NCBI GenBank assembly: GCA_963697895.1
Contig: OY969100.1
Location: 32,001-96,000, forward strand
Length of the DNA stretch: 64,000 nucleotides
Direction: 5' to 3'
Origin: an uncultured Methanomicrobiales archaeon
GTDB lineage: Archaea > Halobacteriota > Methanomicrobia > Methanomicrobiales > Methanospirillaceae
Positions 39,677-52,644 of this stretch are shown here, one piece after another; position 1 is the first letter of the stretch, and each line of letters opens with the position of its first letter. The notes under the pieces were generated by a model that made no database searches, was not told where the DNA came from, and worked only from the letters and a program-made list of their open reading frames with translations. The position numbers and the translations under genes are program-made.

Positions 39677-39694
39677 AATATATTATAATATATT
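39677..39694. promoter_or_regulatory. Perfect 18-bp palindrome over the TATA region of the second TA operon
   Basis: AATATATTATAATATATT, 15 nt upstream of ATG 39710. Confidence 0.6.
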
Positions 39695-39709
39695 CAAATA
39701 TGGTACACT

Positions 39710-39961
39710 ATGCCAAGGTCCGTTGAGCGGGAAACCACAACCATCGTCGTTCCGAGAGATTTAAAAACAGAGCTCGATCTCCTCAAGGTGCACCCACGGG
39801 AGACCTATGCAGAGATCATCAGGCGATTGATTGACTGTTCCTATGATACGGAACCTTTGAGCCCCGAGACCATTCAGGCGATCGAAGACGGTCTTGATGC
39901 GATCAAGCGGGGAGAAACCTACAGCCTCGATGAGGTGATGCGGGAGATCGGGGTGGAATGA
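39710..39961 (+). CDS. Antitoxin (archaeal RelB-like)
   Basis: TTIVV..DLK.ELD.LK.HPRETY.EIIRRL...LS.ET...IE.GL..IKRG.TYSLDEV pattern; ATGA overlap with the toxin. Confidence 0.8.
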   Translation: MPRSVERETTTIVVPRDLKTELDLLKVHPRETYAEIIRRLIDCSYDTEPLSPETIQAIEDGLDAIKRGETYSLDEVMREIGVE

Positions 39962-40225
39962 GGTACCAGATTCGAATCCTCCCCCATGCCCGACGAGCCT
40001 CTTTCTTCTCTTCCGATCAATGCCGCTCGGAGAATCGGAGGAGCTCTCCAGGATCTTGCAGAGGAACAGGATCCTCAATCCTGCGTAAAGCGGTTACGGG
40101 GACACCCGGCCTTATTCAGTCTCAGGGTCGGGGAGTACCGGGTGATCCTCTCTATCGATCGGGGGATCCTGGTAATCTTCGTGATCGATGCCGGAGACCG
40201 GAGAACCGTATACCGAAAGCTTTGA
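39958..40225 (+). CDS. RelE/ParE-family toxin; +1 frameshift near 40000
   Basis: MRYQIRILPHARRA joined to LSSLP...VKRLRG...FSLRVGEYRVI...VIDAGDRRTVY. Confidence 0.8.
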
Positions 40226-40475
40226 TCCACTCATTTTTCATCCTGAATCAGATGATTCCCTCTGATATTTATCTAAGGATTATCCCCGGGGTGTTCCGGT
40301 TGCCGGGATCTTCGACGTATGAAGAGTGCTGAAACGAATGATGACATTTTTTTATGAATCATAGGACACCCGCGAACCCTCTCTTATTCTGCTCGCGTGA
40401 AACACATCCATGTTGCCGGGATCCGGCTGATTAACGCCCGATCCATTGATCTATCATGACGGGATCCCCTGCCCT

Positions 40476-40980
40476 GCCGGTTGGTTATGCCTCCTCGATC
40501 TGCCTCCCGGGTATTTCCTGCTATTAAGCACCTTTTTATCCGGATTATAACCCGTATTTTCGAAAAATATCCGATAAAACCGGTATTTTTCCGGTTCGTG
40601 TCCACGGGATCCCTGTTACCCGGAGAATGGGATCGTATTTCCCGGAAACGGAGTCCGGACAAGGGGTTATTCAGGTACGGGGGAGATGCATTCATTGTCC
40701 CGAAATACTCTCAGGACGGGGAAAAAACCGGCTCATATCGCCCGATCCCCTGGGGATTCCCGGCACGATCGGCTACCTGTCCGGCCGGTTGTGCCTCCCT
40801 GTTCTTCCTCCCGGGTATTTCCTGCCATTAAGCACCTTTTCATCCGGATAAAAACCGCTCTTTCCGGAGATAAAGGGATAATATTGCCTTTATTGAGTAC
40901 GGTGTTCAGGAATTCTTCCGGATGCGGAAAGTCATCCGGAATTCCGGGAAAATACGGCCGGTTCAGGGTTATTCAGGCAA
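40476..40980. repeat. Diverged non-coding duplication, about 300-bp period
   Basis: CCTCCCGGGTATTTCCTGCYATTAAGCACCTTTTYATCCGGAT at 40503 and 40807; GGGTTATTCAGG at about 40664 and 40966. Confidence 0.7.
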
Positions 40981-41486
40981 TAAATACCTGCGATCTCTGG
41001 TTCCGGTATGGAGGAGCGGACCGTTCGGATCCTGTTCCCGTGTCTGCCCACCTGTCTGGCTGATATTCCCGTTTTTGCCATTTAACGGGTCGGCGCATAG
41101 GGATCATCCCGAAGACATTCCTTTCCGGAGTATATACCGTCGGGCGGGGAAGGGTCAGGGGAGGTATCAGCTCTCCTCCTGCCTGGAGGAAAGGATGCAT
41201 CTTCCTGGTGCGGTATGGATCAGAATACGCGTATTAACCAGCTGGTATAAATTCTGGGCGGGAACTACCTGATCAAGGAACGGCCTATCTCTGGGATCGG
41301 GCGAACCTCTTATCCGGAAGACCAGGAACCTGGGGCTCTTTCCGATCCAGCGGGGATATATCCCGCTATGGTCACGCGGGGAAAGCCGGTCGGGGAGATC
41401 AGCCCGAAGTGCCCTCCCGGCAAAGGTATCGACCGAAATACGCCGATCTATGGGTCAGCGAATTTTTCCACCCGTTGCGAGAGCCT

Positions 41487-42608
41487 ATGATTGCCATCAT
41501 CCTTGGTACACGCCCGGAGATCATCAAGATGTCACCGATCATCCGGGAATGCGAGCGGACGCATCGCGACTATTTCATCCTCCACACCGGCCAGCACTAC
41601 TCGTACGAGCTCGACAGGCTCAACTTCGACGAGCTCGAACTGCCCCACCCGAAGTACAACCTGGACGTCGAATCCGGGACCCACGCGTTCCAGACCGGCG
41701 CGATGCTGATCGGGACCGAGGTCTTCCTCTCGGAGGAGAAGCCCGACGTCGTCCTCGTCCAGGGAGACACGAACACCGCCCTCGCCGGGGCGCTCGCCGC
41801 AGCCAAGCTCCGGATCCCGGTCGGCCACGTGGAGGCCGGCCTCCGGAGCTTTGAGCCGAAGGTGCCCGAAGAGATCAACCGGGTGGTCGTCGACCACGTC
41901 TCCGACTACCTCTTCGCCCCGACCGCGATGGCATGCGCCAACCTCGAAAATGAAGGCATCCCGGTGGACCGGATCCGGCTCACCGGGAACACGATCGTCG
42001 ACGCCGTCCGCGAGAACCTGGCGATCGCGCAGAGACGGCCGAGTTTCCTCGCGACCCTCGGGCTCATCCCGCAGGAGTACATCCTCGCGACGGCCCACCG
42101 GGAGGAGAACGTCGACAACCCCGCCCGTCTCGCCGGGATCATCAGGGGTCTCCAGCTGATCGGGAAGAACGCCGACCTGCCGGTCATATCGCCGGTCCAT
42201 CCCCGGACCGCGAGGATCATCGCGGAGTCCCGGATCGACACGGACGGGATCACGCTGATCAAGCCGGTCGGCTTCCTGGAGTTTTTGCAGCTCGAGTCGC
42301 AGGCCCGCCTCGTCCTCACCGACTCGGGCGGCGTCCAGGAGGAGGCCTGCATCCTCGGCGTCCCCTGCGTCACGTTCCGGGAGCGGACCGAGCGGCCCGA
42401 GACGGTCCTCGCCGGCGCGAACGTGGTCGTCGGGACGAACCCCCAGGACATCTTTTACGGGGCGTACATGATGATGGACGCAAAGCCCGGGTGGGAACAG
42501 CCGTTCGGGGACGGGCATGCCGCAAGGAGGATCGTAAAGATCTGCGGGAACGTGAGGTACAACGACGAGCTGGAACGGGAGTGGGATAAGAGAGCGGGGG
42601 AAGGATAA
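41487..42608 (+). CDS. wecB: UDP-N-acetylglucosamine 2-epimerase (non-hydrolysing), copy 1
   Basis: GTRPEIIK, HTGQHY, VQGDT, HVEAGLRS, TDSGGVQEE, TERPE. Confidence 0.93.
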   Translation: MIAIILGTRPEIIKMSPIIRECERTHRDYFILHTGQHYSYELDRLNFDELELPHPKYNLDVESGTHAFQTGAMLIGTEVFLSEEKPDVVLVQGDTNTALAGALAAAKLRIPVGHVEAGLRSFEPKVPEEINRVVVDHVSDYLFAPTAMACANLENEGIPVDRIRLTGNTIVDAVRENLAIAQRRPSFLATLGLIPQEYILATAHREENVDNPARLAGIIRGLQLIGKNADLPVISPVHPRTARIIAESRIDTDGITLIKPVGFLEFLQLESQARLVLTDSGGVQEEACILGVPCVTFRERTERPETVLAGANVVVGTNPQDIFYGAYMMMDAKPGWEQPFGDGHAARRIVKICGNVRYNDELEREWDKRAGEG

Positions 42609-42642
42609 GAGGGGAAGATCTCTCGCGAGAGGGTTTTTCCCT

Positions 42643-43257
42643 TCATGAGATCGCGGACCGTGCCCTGAAGAAGAGCGCCAGGACGAGCATCGACCCGGTC
42701 GCGGTGACGATCCAGGGCACCCCGAGGAGCAGGAGCCCTACCGAAAAGGCGGGATAAAAGTACACGAACGATATCAGCGGGGTGACGAGGCCGTTCGCGA
42801 GGAAGAACCAGCGGACCCACCGCTGCACCCCCTGCTTCGCAAACAGGGGGACGGCAAACAGGGTCGACAGCCCCAGCGCTATGTAGCCGAGGGCATCGGC
42901 CGTCCAGAACAGGGAGTGGGGCGTCTGCACGATCGCCGGGTCCGGGGCCGCATACGGGATCACCGCCGTCAACTGGACCACGTAGTTCAGCGACACGTAG
43001 GTGGCATACATCACGGCGAAGAGAACGGCCGCCATGCTCCAGAACCGCTTCTGTTCCGGGGTCACCGAGTGGAGGGCGACCATCGCGAGCAGAAAAGGCG
43101 TGGCGATGAAGAGCGAAAACCCGTAGATGAGGACCTCGTCCCAGGGCGTACCGAGCGTACCGATGATCTGCAGGACCTGGGCGATATCGAATCCGGCCGC
43201 GGCGACAAAGGCGACCAGGGCGAACCAGAAGCCGGCTTTATAGACAGTTTCGTTCAT
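42643..43257 (-). CDS. Hypothetical multi-pass membrane protein
   Basis: About 6 hydrophobic helices; GC-rich codon usage typical of the host genes. Confidence 0.75.
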   Translation of the reverse strand: MNETVYKAGFWFALVAFVAAAGFDIAQVLQIIGTLGTPWDEVLIYGFSLFIATPFLLAMVALHSVTPEQKRFWSMAAVLFAVMYATYVSLNYVVQLTAVIPYAAPDPAIVQTPHSLFWTADALGYIALGLSTLFAVPLFAKQGVQRWVRWFFLANGLVTPLISFVYFYPAFSVGLLLLGVPWIVTATGSMLVLALFFRARSAIS

Positions 43258-43968
43258 GCACACTTCCCTCAGCGGATCTCAGACAAATCTTCTGGTTGTC
43301 CACAGCCGTTATAATACTACGGGCAGAGGGGCGGAGTGCCAGGGTGAATGCTCGGGGAAAGAAGGAACAGGAACTGGGATAGCATTTCCCGGACCTGAAA
43401 AATAGGAAAAGAGGGAAGATCCCGTCCAGGCAATATTCCGGTATTCTTTCATGAAAAAAACACGGTCGCATATTCATCGTCCCGGTATCTTTTCATCAGT
43501 ACCACCGGCTCATATTCATCGTCCCGGTGAACGTTCCTGTGAGAAATGTATAAGTGAGGGTGGGGAAGAATACCCTGTTGAAGATGGGTGGCACGCGGGG
43601 AAGGAGGAGCTGCACTCCCGCGTACGAATGGGGACCTCTTCCTGTCGTTGTGTCTGATGCATGCCATACGGGTACTCTCCGGGATAACCGGTGCAATCAA
43701 TACGCCCGGGCAATAACCATCCGGCATCACAGAGGGCATCTTCAGGTCGGCCGAACCGTATCCGGATCGTAATCTTCCGAAAATCTGCGGAAACCGTGCG
43801 GGTCTTGCCTGATCCGTTCGGGGATATCACCCGTGGTATACCCGCGAAAAAAGGCGGCCAGGGAGATCATCCTGAAGAACCCTCCCATAGGGAGGATCCC
43901 GGTTATCGAGTACGCCCATCGAAGGGATCCACCGTGATCCCTGTTAGTTCCATGGGTAGCGATACACT

Positions 43969-45087
43969 ATGATTGCAATCATTCTGGGAACACGCCCGGA
44001 GATCATCAAGATGTCCCCGATCATCCGGGAATGCGAGCGAAAGCATCGCGACTACTTCATCCTCCACACGGGCCAGCACTACTCGTACGACATGGATAAG
44101 ATCTTCTTCGACGAGCTCGAACTTCCCCACCCGAAATACAACCTCGACGTCGGCTCCGGGACCCACGCGGTCCAGACCGGCGCGATCATGGCCGGGACCG
44201 AGAAGGTCCTCGGAGACGAGAAGCCCGATATCGTCCTCGTCCAGGGGGACACGAACACGGTCGTCGCCGGGGCGCTCGCCGCCGCCAAGCTCCACATCAA
44301 GGTCGGGCACGTGGAGGCAGGCCTCCGGTCCTTCGACCGGACGATGCCCGAGGAGATCAACCGGGTCGTCGCCGACCACATTGCCGACTACCTCTTCGCG
44401 CCGACCGAGCTCGCCCGGCAGAACCTCGAGAAGGAAGGGATCCCCGAGAACCAGATCACGGTCACCGGGAACACGATCGTCGACGCCCTCCACGAGAACC
44501 TCACGATCGCCGGGAAGCGGAAGAGCATCCTCCAGGCCCTCGGCCTCAAACCGAAGGAGTACCTCCTCGCGACCGCCCACCGGCAGGAGAACGTCGACGA
44601 CCCCGCGCACCTCGCCGGGATCATCGCGGGCCTCAAGAAGGTACAGAAGTTTTCCGGCATGCCGCTCGTCTACCCGGTCCACCCCCGGGCAGAGAAGAAG
44701 ATCGCGGAGTTCGGCATCGACACCGACGGTCTCACAATGATCAAGCCGGTCGGGTTCCTAGAGTTTTTGCAGCTCGAGTCCCAGGCCCGGCTCGTCCTCA
44801 CCGACTCGGGCGGCGTCCAGGAGGAGACCTGCATCCTCGGCGTCCCCTGCGTCACCCTCCGCGAGAACACCGAGCGGCCCGAGACGGTCCAGGTCCGGGC
44901 AAACGTCCTCGTGGGGACGAACCCCGACGACATCTGCCAGGGGGCCGCCATGATGATGGACGCGGAGCCCGACTGGGAGAACCCGTTTGGCGACGGGTAC
45001 GCGGGAAGGATGATCGTCCAGATCAGCGAGAGTGTGAGGTATAACCGTGGGGCGTGTGGGAAGCGGGTTGGGGAAGAGGGAGGGTGA
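43969..45087 (+). CDS. wecB: UDP-N-acetylglucosamine 2-epimerase, copy 2
   Basis: Same motifs; closely similar to copy 1. Confidence 0.93.
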   Translation: MIAIILGTRPEIIKMSPIIRECERKHRDYFILHTGQHYSYDMDKIFFDELELPHPKYNLDVGSGTHAVQTGAIMAGTEKVLGDEKPDIVLVQGDTNTVVAGALAAAKLHIKVGHVEAGLRSFDRTMPEEINRVVADHIADYLFAPTELARQNLEKEGIPENQITVTGNTIVDALHENLTIAGKRKSILQALGLKPKEYLLATAHRQENVDDPAHLAGIIAGLKKVQKFSGMPLVYPVHPRAEKKIAEFGIDTDGLTMIKPVGFLEFLQLESQARLVLTDSGGVQEETCILGVPCVTLRENTERPETVQVRANVLVGTNPDDICQGAAMMMDAEPDWENPFGDGYAGRMIVQISESVRYNRGACGKRVGEEGG

Positions 45088-45221
45088 TTTTTTTTCCGAA
45101 ATCCGATCACAAGAATCTGACGACGAATTAAAAGGCATTTTTAGTCCGTAATATATTTCGTCTTTCATCATTTATTTACTATATAATCCTCATAATGTCG
45201 AATAGAATTCAGGGGGGCGAT

Positions 45222-46165
45222 TCTGAACGAAGTATGTTGTCACCGGAGGGGCAGGGTTTATTGGTTCGCATATATGCGGATCCTGGTCAACCAAGGTCAC
45301 GAAGTAATTATTTTGGACAATCTCTTTTCCGGGAAAGCAATAAACATCGACCAATCCTGAAAAATCCGAAGGTTGTTTTTGCAACAGACACAGTCACTTC
45401 CCCCGAAAGTCTTCAAAAAGCATTTGAAGGAGCTGATGGGGTCTTTCACCAGGCGGCCATTGCCTCAGTACCCCGTTCAGTGAAGAATCCACTTGCAACC
45501 AATGAAGCGAATATCACCGGCACCCTGAATGTATTGATCGCCGCCCGGGACTGTGGGGTGAAGAAAGTCCTCTATGCTTCATCATCCTCGGTCTATGGGG
45601 ACACTCCGACTCTTCCGAAACGGGAGGATATGAAACCTCTGCCCAAGTCACCCGTATGCAATCTCAAAATTGACCGGGGAATATTACTGCCAGGCCTTTT
45701 CTGAACTCTATGGGTTGAAGACGGTATCATTACGTTATTTTAATGTATTCGGTCCCCGTCAGGATCCGTCATCAGAATATGCAGCAGTGATCCCGAAATT
45801 CATCACCCGGATACTCAATAAGGAGCCTCCGATCATCTATGGAGATGGAAAACAAACAAGAGATTTTACCTATGTCAAAGATGTCGTCCAGGCAAATACT
45901 AAATCGATGACCAGCAATGCAGAAGGAATTTTTAATGTTGCATACAACAAACGGATTGATTTACTCGAGTCTTGGCTCCATTATAATGGATGAACTAGGT
46001 TCTCATTTCCCGCCACAATTTGAAGATTCCCGACCGGGAGACGTCAAAGATTCGTTGGCAGATATTACCGCAGCACAGAACGCGTTTGGATATTCCCCTG
46101 ATTATACCGTTCTTAAAGGATTACAGGAGACAATCGCATGGTACGAAAAGACATCACCAAACTGA
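45222..46165 (+). CDS. NAD-dependent epimerase (WbpP-like UDP-GlcNAc 4-epimerase); several frameshifts, start approximate
   Basis: [13 protein letters not shown] at about 45233, [19 protein letters not shown] and [11 protein letters not shown] in successive frames. Confidence 0.8.
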
Positions 46166-47386
46166 CCGTATGCGTCGTGGGCCTCGGTTATGTCGGCCTC
46201 CCCCTTGCGGAAGAATTTTCAAAGCATCTCAAAACAATCGGATACCGGAGAAATCAGGAAGCCGTTAATGAACTCAATAAGTTGAAGAAGGGCAATTTTT
46301 TTGCCACTACGGATTCCAGTCGTATCAGTGAGGCAGATGTCGTCATCATATGCGTCCCGACTCCCGTGACAAAGAACAAGATGCCTGACCTCGGTCCTAT
46401 TCTCGATGCGACATCAACGGTCGGAAAAAATCTCAAGCGAGGTGCGATCGTTGTCGGGGAATCCACCGTATGGCCAGGATTGACCGAGGAGTGATGGTGC
46501 CGATCTTGAGGGGAATCGGGTTGAAATGCGGCAAGGACTTTAAAATCGGTTACTCTCCCGAACGGGTAAATCCTGGCGATGACCTCCATACGATTGACCG
46601 GATCACGAAAATAGTCGTGGGAATGGATGCAGAAACTACGGAAATCCTTGCCGAGGCTCTATGGACTAATCACCAAGGTATTCATCGCAAAAGATATCCG
46701 GACTGCTGAAGGCGGCGAAGGTTATTGAAAATATTCAGCGGGATTTGAATATTGCTCTTTTCAACGAGCTGTCCATAATCTTCAACAGAATGGGGTTGGA
46801 TACGAAAGCAGTGGTTGACGCGGCATCTACAAAGTGGAACTTCATACGGTTTTCCCCTGGCATGGTTGGCGGGCATTGTATCCCGGTCGATCCCTATTAC
46901 CTTGTATACAAGGCCCAGGAACTCGGCTATCACCCGCAGGTCATCCTCGCTGGTCGGGCCATTAATGATTATATGCCTCAGTATATTGCAATGTTAACGG
47001 TAAAAGGATTGAATGAAGCGGGTAAGGTTATCAAGGATTCAAAAGTCCTAATTATGGGCCTTACCTACAAGGAAAATGTTCCAGATACCCGTGAAACACC
47101 TGTAGTTGAAGTGATTAAGTCACTTAAAGAATTTGGAGTAATTGTATATGGGTTTGATCCTCTTCTTTCCAAAGAGGAGGTGGAAAATTTTGGTATAGAG
47201 CCGCTGGAGGGTCTCTATAATGGAATGGATGCACTTATTATTGCCGTTGCCCATGATCAATTTAGGGATATTCCCCTGGAGAGAATCAAAGAATCAATGA
47301 CCATAAATCCCGTGATTGTTGATGTCCGGCGTTTGTATGATCGTATAAAGGCGGTTCAGATGGGAATGCACTATGTGACCTTGTAG
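46138..47386 (+). CDS. Nucleotide-sugar dehydrogenase (WbpO/TviB-like); frameshifted
   Basis: VGLGYVGLPLA, CVPTP, YSPERVNPGD, GGHCIPVDPYY, GLTYKEN. Confidence 0.85.
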
Positions 47387-47473
47387 ATCTCTAGGTACGT
47401 ATTATAGAGGACCATTCGAGAAGAATAAAAAATTGCTAACTTCATTACTAAAATTTCACAGAGGAATTGTAAA

Positions 47474-48517
<1,044 letters not shown>

Positions 48518-48580
48518 TAGTATCGATGATGGGAATAATACAGATCCTGATTCCAAAGGAAATTATGGGTTCGTGTATCC

Positions 48581-49533
<953 letters not shown>

Positions 49534-49711
49534 GATGAGCGGGGTTGTTCCGTAGTGACCGTGATGAATATTTTATTATCGTACTGGATGTGTGTGCGGC
49601 AGTACGTTTGCGTAAATTCCGAAACTCGAACCGCCGAATTGCAGCTATTTATATGAATAAAGAGGGAATCGAAAAATATGTCCACTATTACACCAATAGG
49701 ATGAACAGAGA

Positions 49712-50579
49712 ATGACTTTTCCACATCCTCTTCCGATGCCCACCGATAGGAGATACACGGATACCCACGATCAAGATCCGCCCTCCAAAAAAATGGGTCC
49801 CCATCAACTTTTCCGAGCTCTGGCACTATCGTGAACTGCTCTATAGTTTTGTCGCACGGGATGTGAAGATCCGCTATAAGCAGACTGCACTCGGTTTTCT
49901 CTGGGCAATCATCCAGCCACTCTTCTTAATGGTGGTCTTCACCCTGTTTTTCGGCAATCTTGCAAAAATCCCCTCAGAAGGCATCCCCTATCCTCTCTTC
50001 AGTTTTGCCGCCCTCATCCCCTGGACACTCTTTGCGGAAGGGCTCACCCGTTCTACAACGAGCATGGTGAGCAATGCGAATATCATGACAAAAGTCTATT
50101 TCCCCCGGCTCATTATGCCACTATCCGGTATTCTCTCACCACTCGTCGACTTCGCAATTGCCTTTGTCATTCTTATCATCATGATGGCATACTACGGGTT
50201 TGTCCCGACTATTGCAATCGTTCTGCTGCCGGCATTCATCCTCCTCGCAGTTCATGACCTCGCTCGCGGTCGGGCTCTGGCTCTCTGCACTCAACGTCAA
50301 ATACCGTGATTTCCAGTACACAATTCCATTTCTCATCCAGCTCTGGCTCTTTGCGTCTCCGGTTGTGTATCCGGGCAGTATGCTCCTTCCCCAGCAATGG
50401 CAATTTCTCTATGCTCTGAATCCCATGGTCGGTGTGATCGAAGGGTTCCGCTGGGCGCTCCTTGGCACAAATCCCCCGGAGGCGATGATCCTTGTCTCTG
50501 TTGTGTTGTTGTTCTTCTCCTTATCGGAGGCTTGTTTTACTTCAAGAGGATGGAGCAGTACTTTGCGGATGTGGTATGA
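49712..50579 (+). CDS. wzm: Polysaccharide ABC transporter permease (Wzm); frameshifted, start approximate
   Basis: ELW.YRELL...RDVKIRYKQTALG.LWAI.QP, KVYFPR, LNPM.GVIEGFR, FKRMEQYFADVV. Confidence 0.85.
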
Positions 50580-50614
50580 GATGAGAACACGGTTCTTTTT
50601 ATCTGGTGATCCTG

Positions 50615-51915
50615 ATGTCTGATGATATTGCCATCCGTGTCCGAGGGCTCGGGAAGAAATACACTATCGGTGGACCGCAGGAAAAATACCTCACATTCCG
50701 GGATGCCATCGTCAATTCGGTGAAGGCACCATTCAGGAGGTTGACCCAGAAGGGTGCTGACCAATCCACGAATGAGTTCTGGGCACTCAAAGATGTTTCG
50801 TTCGATGTGCATCAAGGGGAGGTTATCGGAATCATCGGTAGGAATGGTGCGGGGAAGTCGACTCTCCTTAAGATTCTCTCTCAAATTACTACGCCAACCG
50901 AGGGTGAAGTGGATATTTATGGGCGTGTTGGATCGCTTCTTGAGGTAGGGACGGGTTTTCATCCGGAACTGACCGGGCGGGAGAATATTTTTCTTTCCGG
51001 TTCGATTCTCGGGATGAAGAAACGCGAGATTGAGCGAAAAATTTGATGAGATTGTGAAGTTTTCCGAAATTGAGAAATTTATTGATACACCGGTGAAACG
51101 GTATTCGAGCGGGATGTATGTGCGACTTGCGTTTGCGGTGGCGGCACATCTGGATCCGGAGATTCTTGATAGTTGATGAAGTACTTGCGGTTGGAGATGC
51201 AGCATTCCAGAAGAAGTGTCTTGGGAAGATGGGGGATGTGGCAAAAGAGGGAAGAACGTACTTGTTTGTGAGTCATAATATGGCAGCAGTTCAACATTAT
51301 GTAAACGGGTATTATTAATTGATGGAGGCAATTTAATCGATGAAGGTCTACCGAGAACGGTAATTTCTAAATATCTCGGATTAAATATACAAAAAAAATC
51401 CATCCATATAGAAAATATGCTGCGAATTGTTGGGGGTGACAATATTCGAATTACCGATATCGGAATATTAAATGAAAATGGAGAAACCTGCAAGACTTTT
51501 AAGTATAACGATAAAATGATTTTGAGATTTTGTTTTAAAGTGAAGATAAAAAAAATTAATTATTTTGCAATTGAGTGGACAATTATTTCAAACGATGATA
51601 CTAAAGTCATCTATTGCTCGTCAAGTCCTCAAGGACATCTTTTAATCGTTCCTGAAAAAGAATATGGACATGTTGAATGTCATATAACCCACCTTCCGCT
51701 TACTTCAGGAACATATTTTATAAATTGTTTATTATCAATACCTCATCAAGAGCGACTTGACCAAATAGAAAGAAGTGATAGAATTTGAAATTATTTCTTG
51801 TGATATGAATAATACGGGTTTTGATGTTAACAGAAAGCTTGCATATACAACACTTAATACTGAATGGTTAAATTTTCAAAATGCAAGATCATATCTATCA
51901 ACGGACGATCATTAA
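50615..51915 (+). CDS. wzt: Polysaccharide ABC transporter ATPase (Wzt) with C-terminal carbohydrate-binding domain; frameshifted
   Basis: [29 protein letters not shown] and DEVLAVGD, followed by a Wzt_C-like domain ([10 protein letters not shown]). Confidence 0.85.
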
Positions 51916-51954
51916 GTTAGATTTACATCCAATTAATTAAAGGGGATTATAATT

Positions 51955-52626
51955 ATGATTAAAAAAATATTGCGACATATTGGATATGCTTTGATTAAAT
52001 TTTGTGACAAAAATCAGGTCTGTCCAAACCTACTCGGAGATCGTGATATTGAATGTTCATTTATTGCGGTAAAGATGCCAATAGGTCCGGGTTTTGCCTT
52101 TGATTTTGGCACTGGTGGGAGTAACCTGGGATTAATTGCAGCCCGGAATAATTATTATGTTACTTCCCTAGACCTCAATAAAATCAATTGGCCTTATGTC
52201 CATCCCCATTTGGAATTTATTCAGGGCGATCTTTTAGAAATTCCCCTTCCTGAACAAAAATTTGATTTAATTATCAGTTGTTCGACTATTGAGCATGTTG
52301 GTCTGTCGGGGAGATATAATATATCCTCCAATAAACCAGATGGCGATATTGAAGCGATGGGATATCTAAAAAAATTGATGAAATCAGATGGATGTATGCT
52401 CATTACAATTCCGGTTGGTAAAGATGCGGTTTTTACACCACTTCACAGAGTATATGGGATCGAGCGGTTACCTTCACTTTTCAATGGTTACACAATTGAA
52501 CATGAAGAATTTTGGGTAAAAAACGAACAAAATCAATGGGTTGTGACTGATAAGTCAGATGCTTTGATGAAAGAATCTCAACCACATCTCTATGGTTTGG
52601 GGTGTTTCGTTCTTCGCATTGCTTAA
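51955..52626 (+). CDS. SAM-dependent methyltransferase-like protein (DUF268 type)
   Basis: FDFGTG, FDLIISCSTIEHVGLSGRY...DGDI.AM, TIPVG.D...HRVYG. Confidence 0.75.
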   Translation: MIKKILRHIGYALIKFCDKNQVCPNLLGDRDIECSFIAVKMPIGPGFAFDFGTGGSNLGLIAARNNYYVTSLDLNKINWPYVHPHLEFIQGDLLEIPLPEQKFDLIISCSTIEHVGLSGRYNISSNKPDGDIEAMGYLKKLMKSDGCMLITIPVGKDAVFTPLHRVYGIERLPSLFNGYTIEHEEFWVKNEQNQWVVTDKSDALMKESQPHLYGLGCFVLRIA

Positions 52627-52644
52627 AGTATATGGATTGATTAA

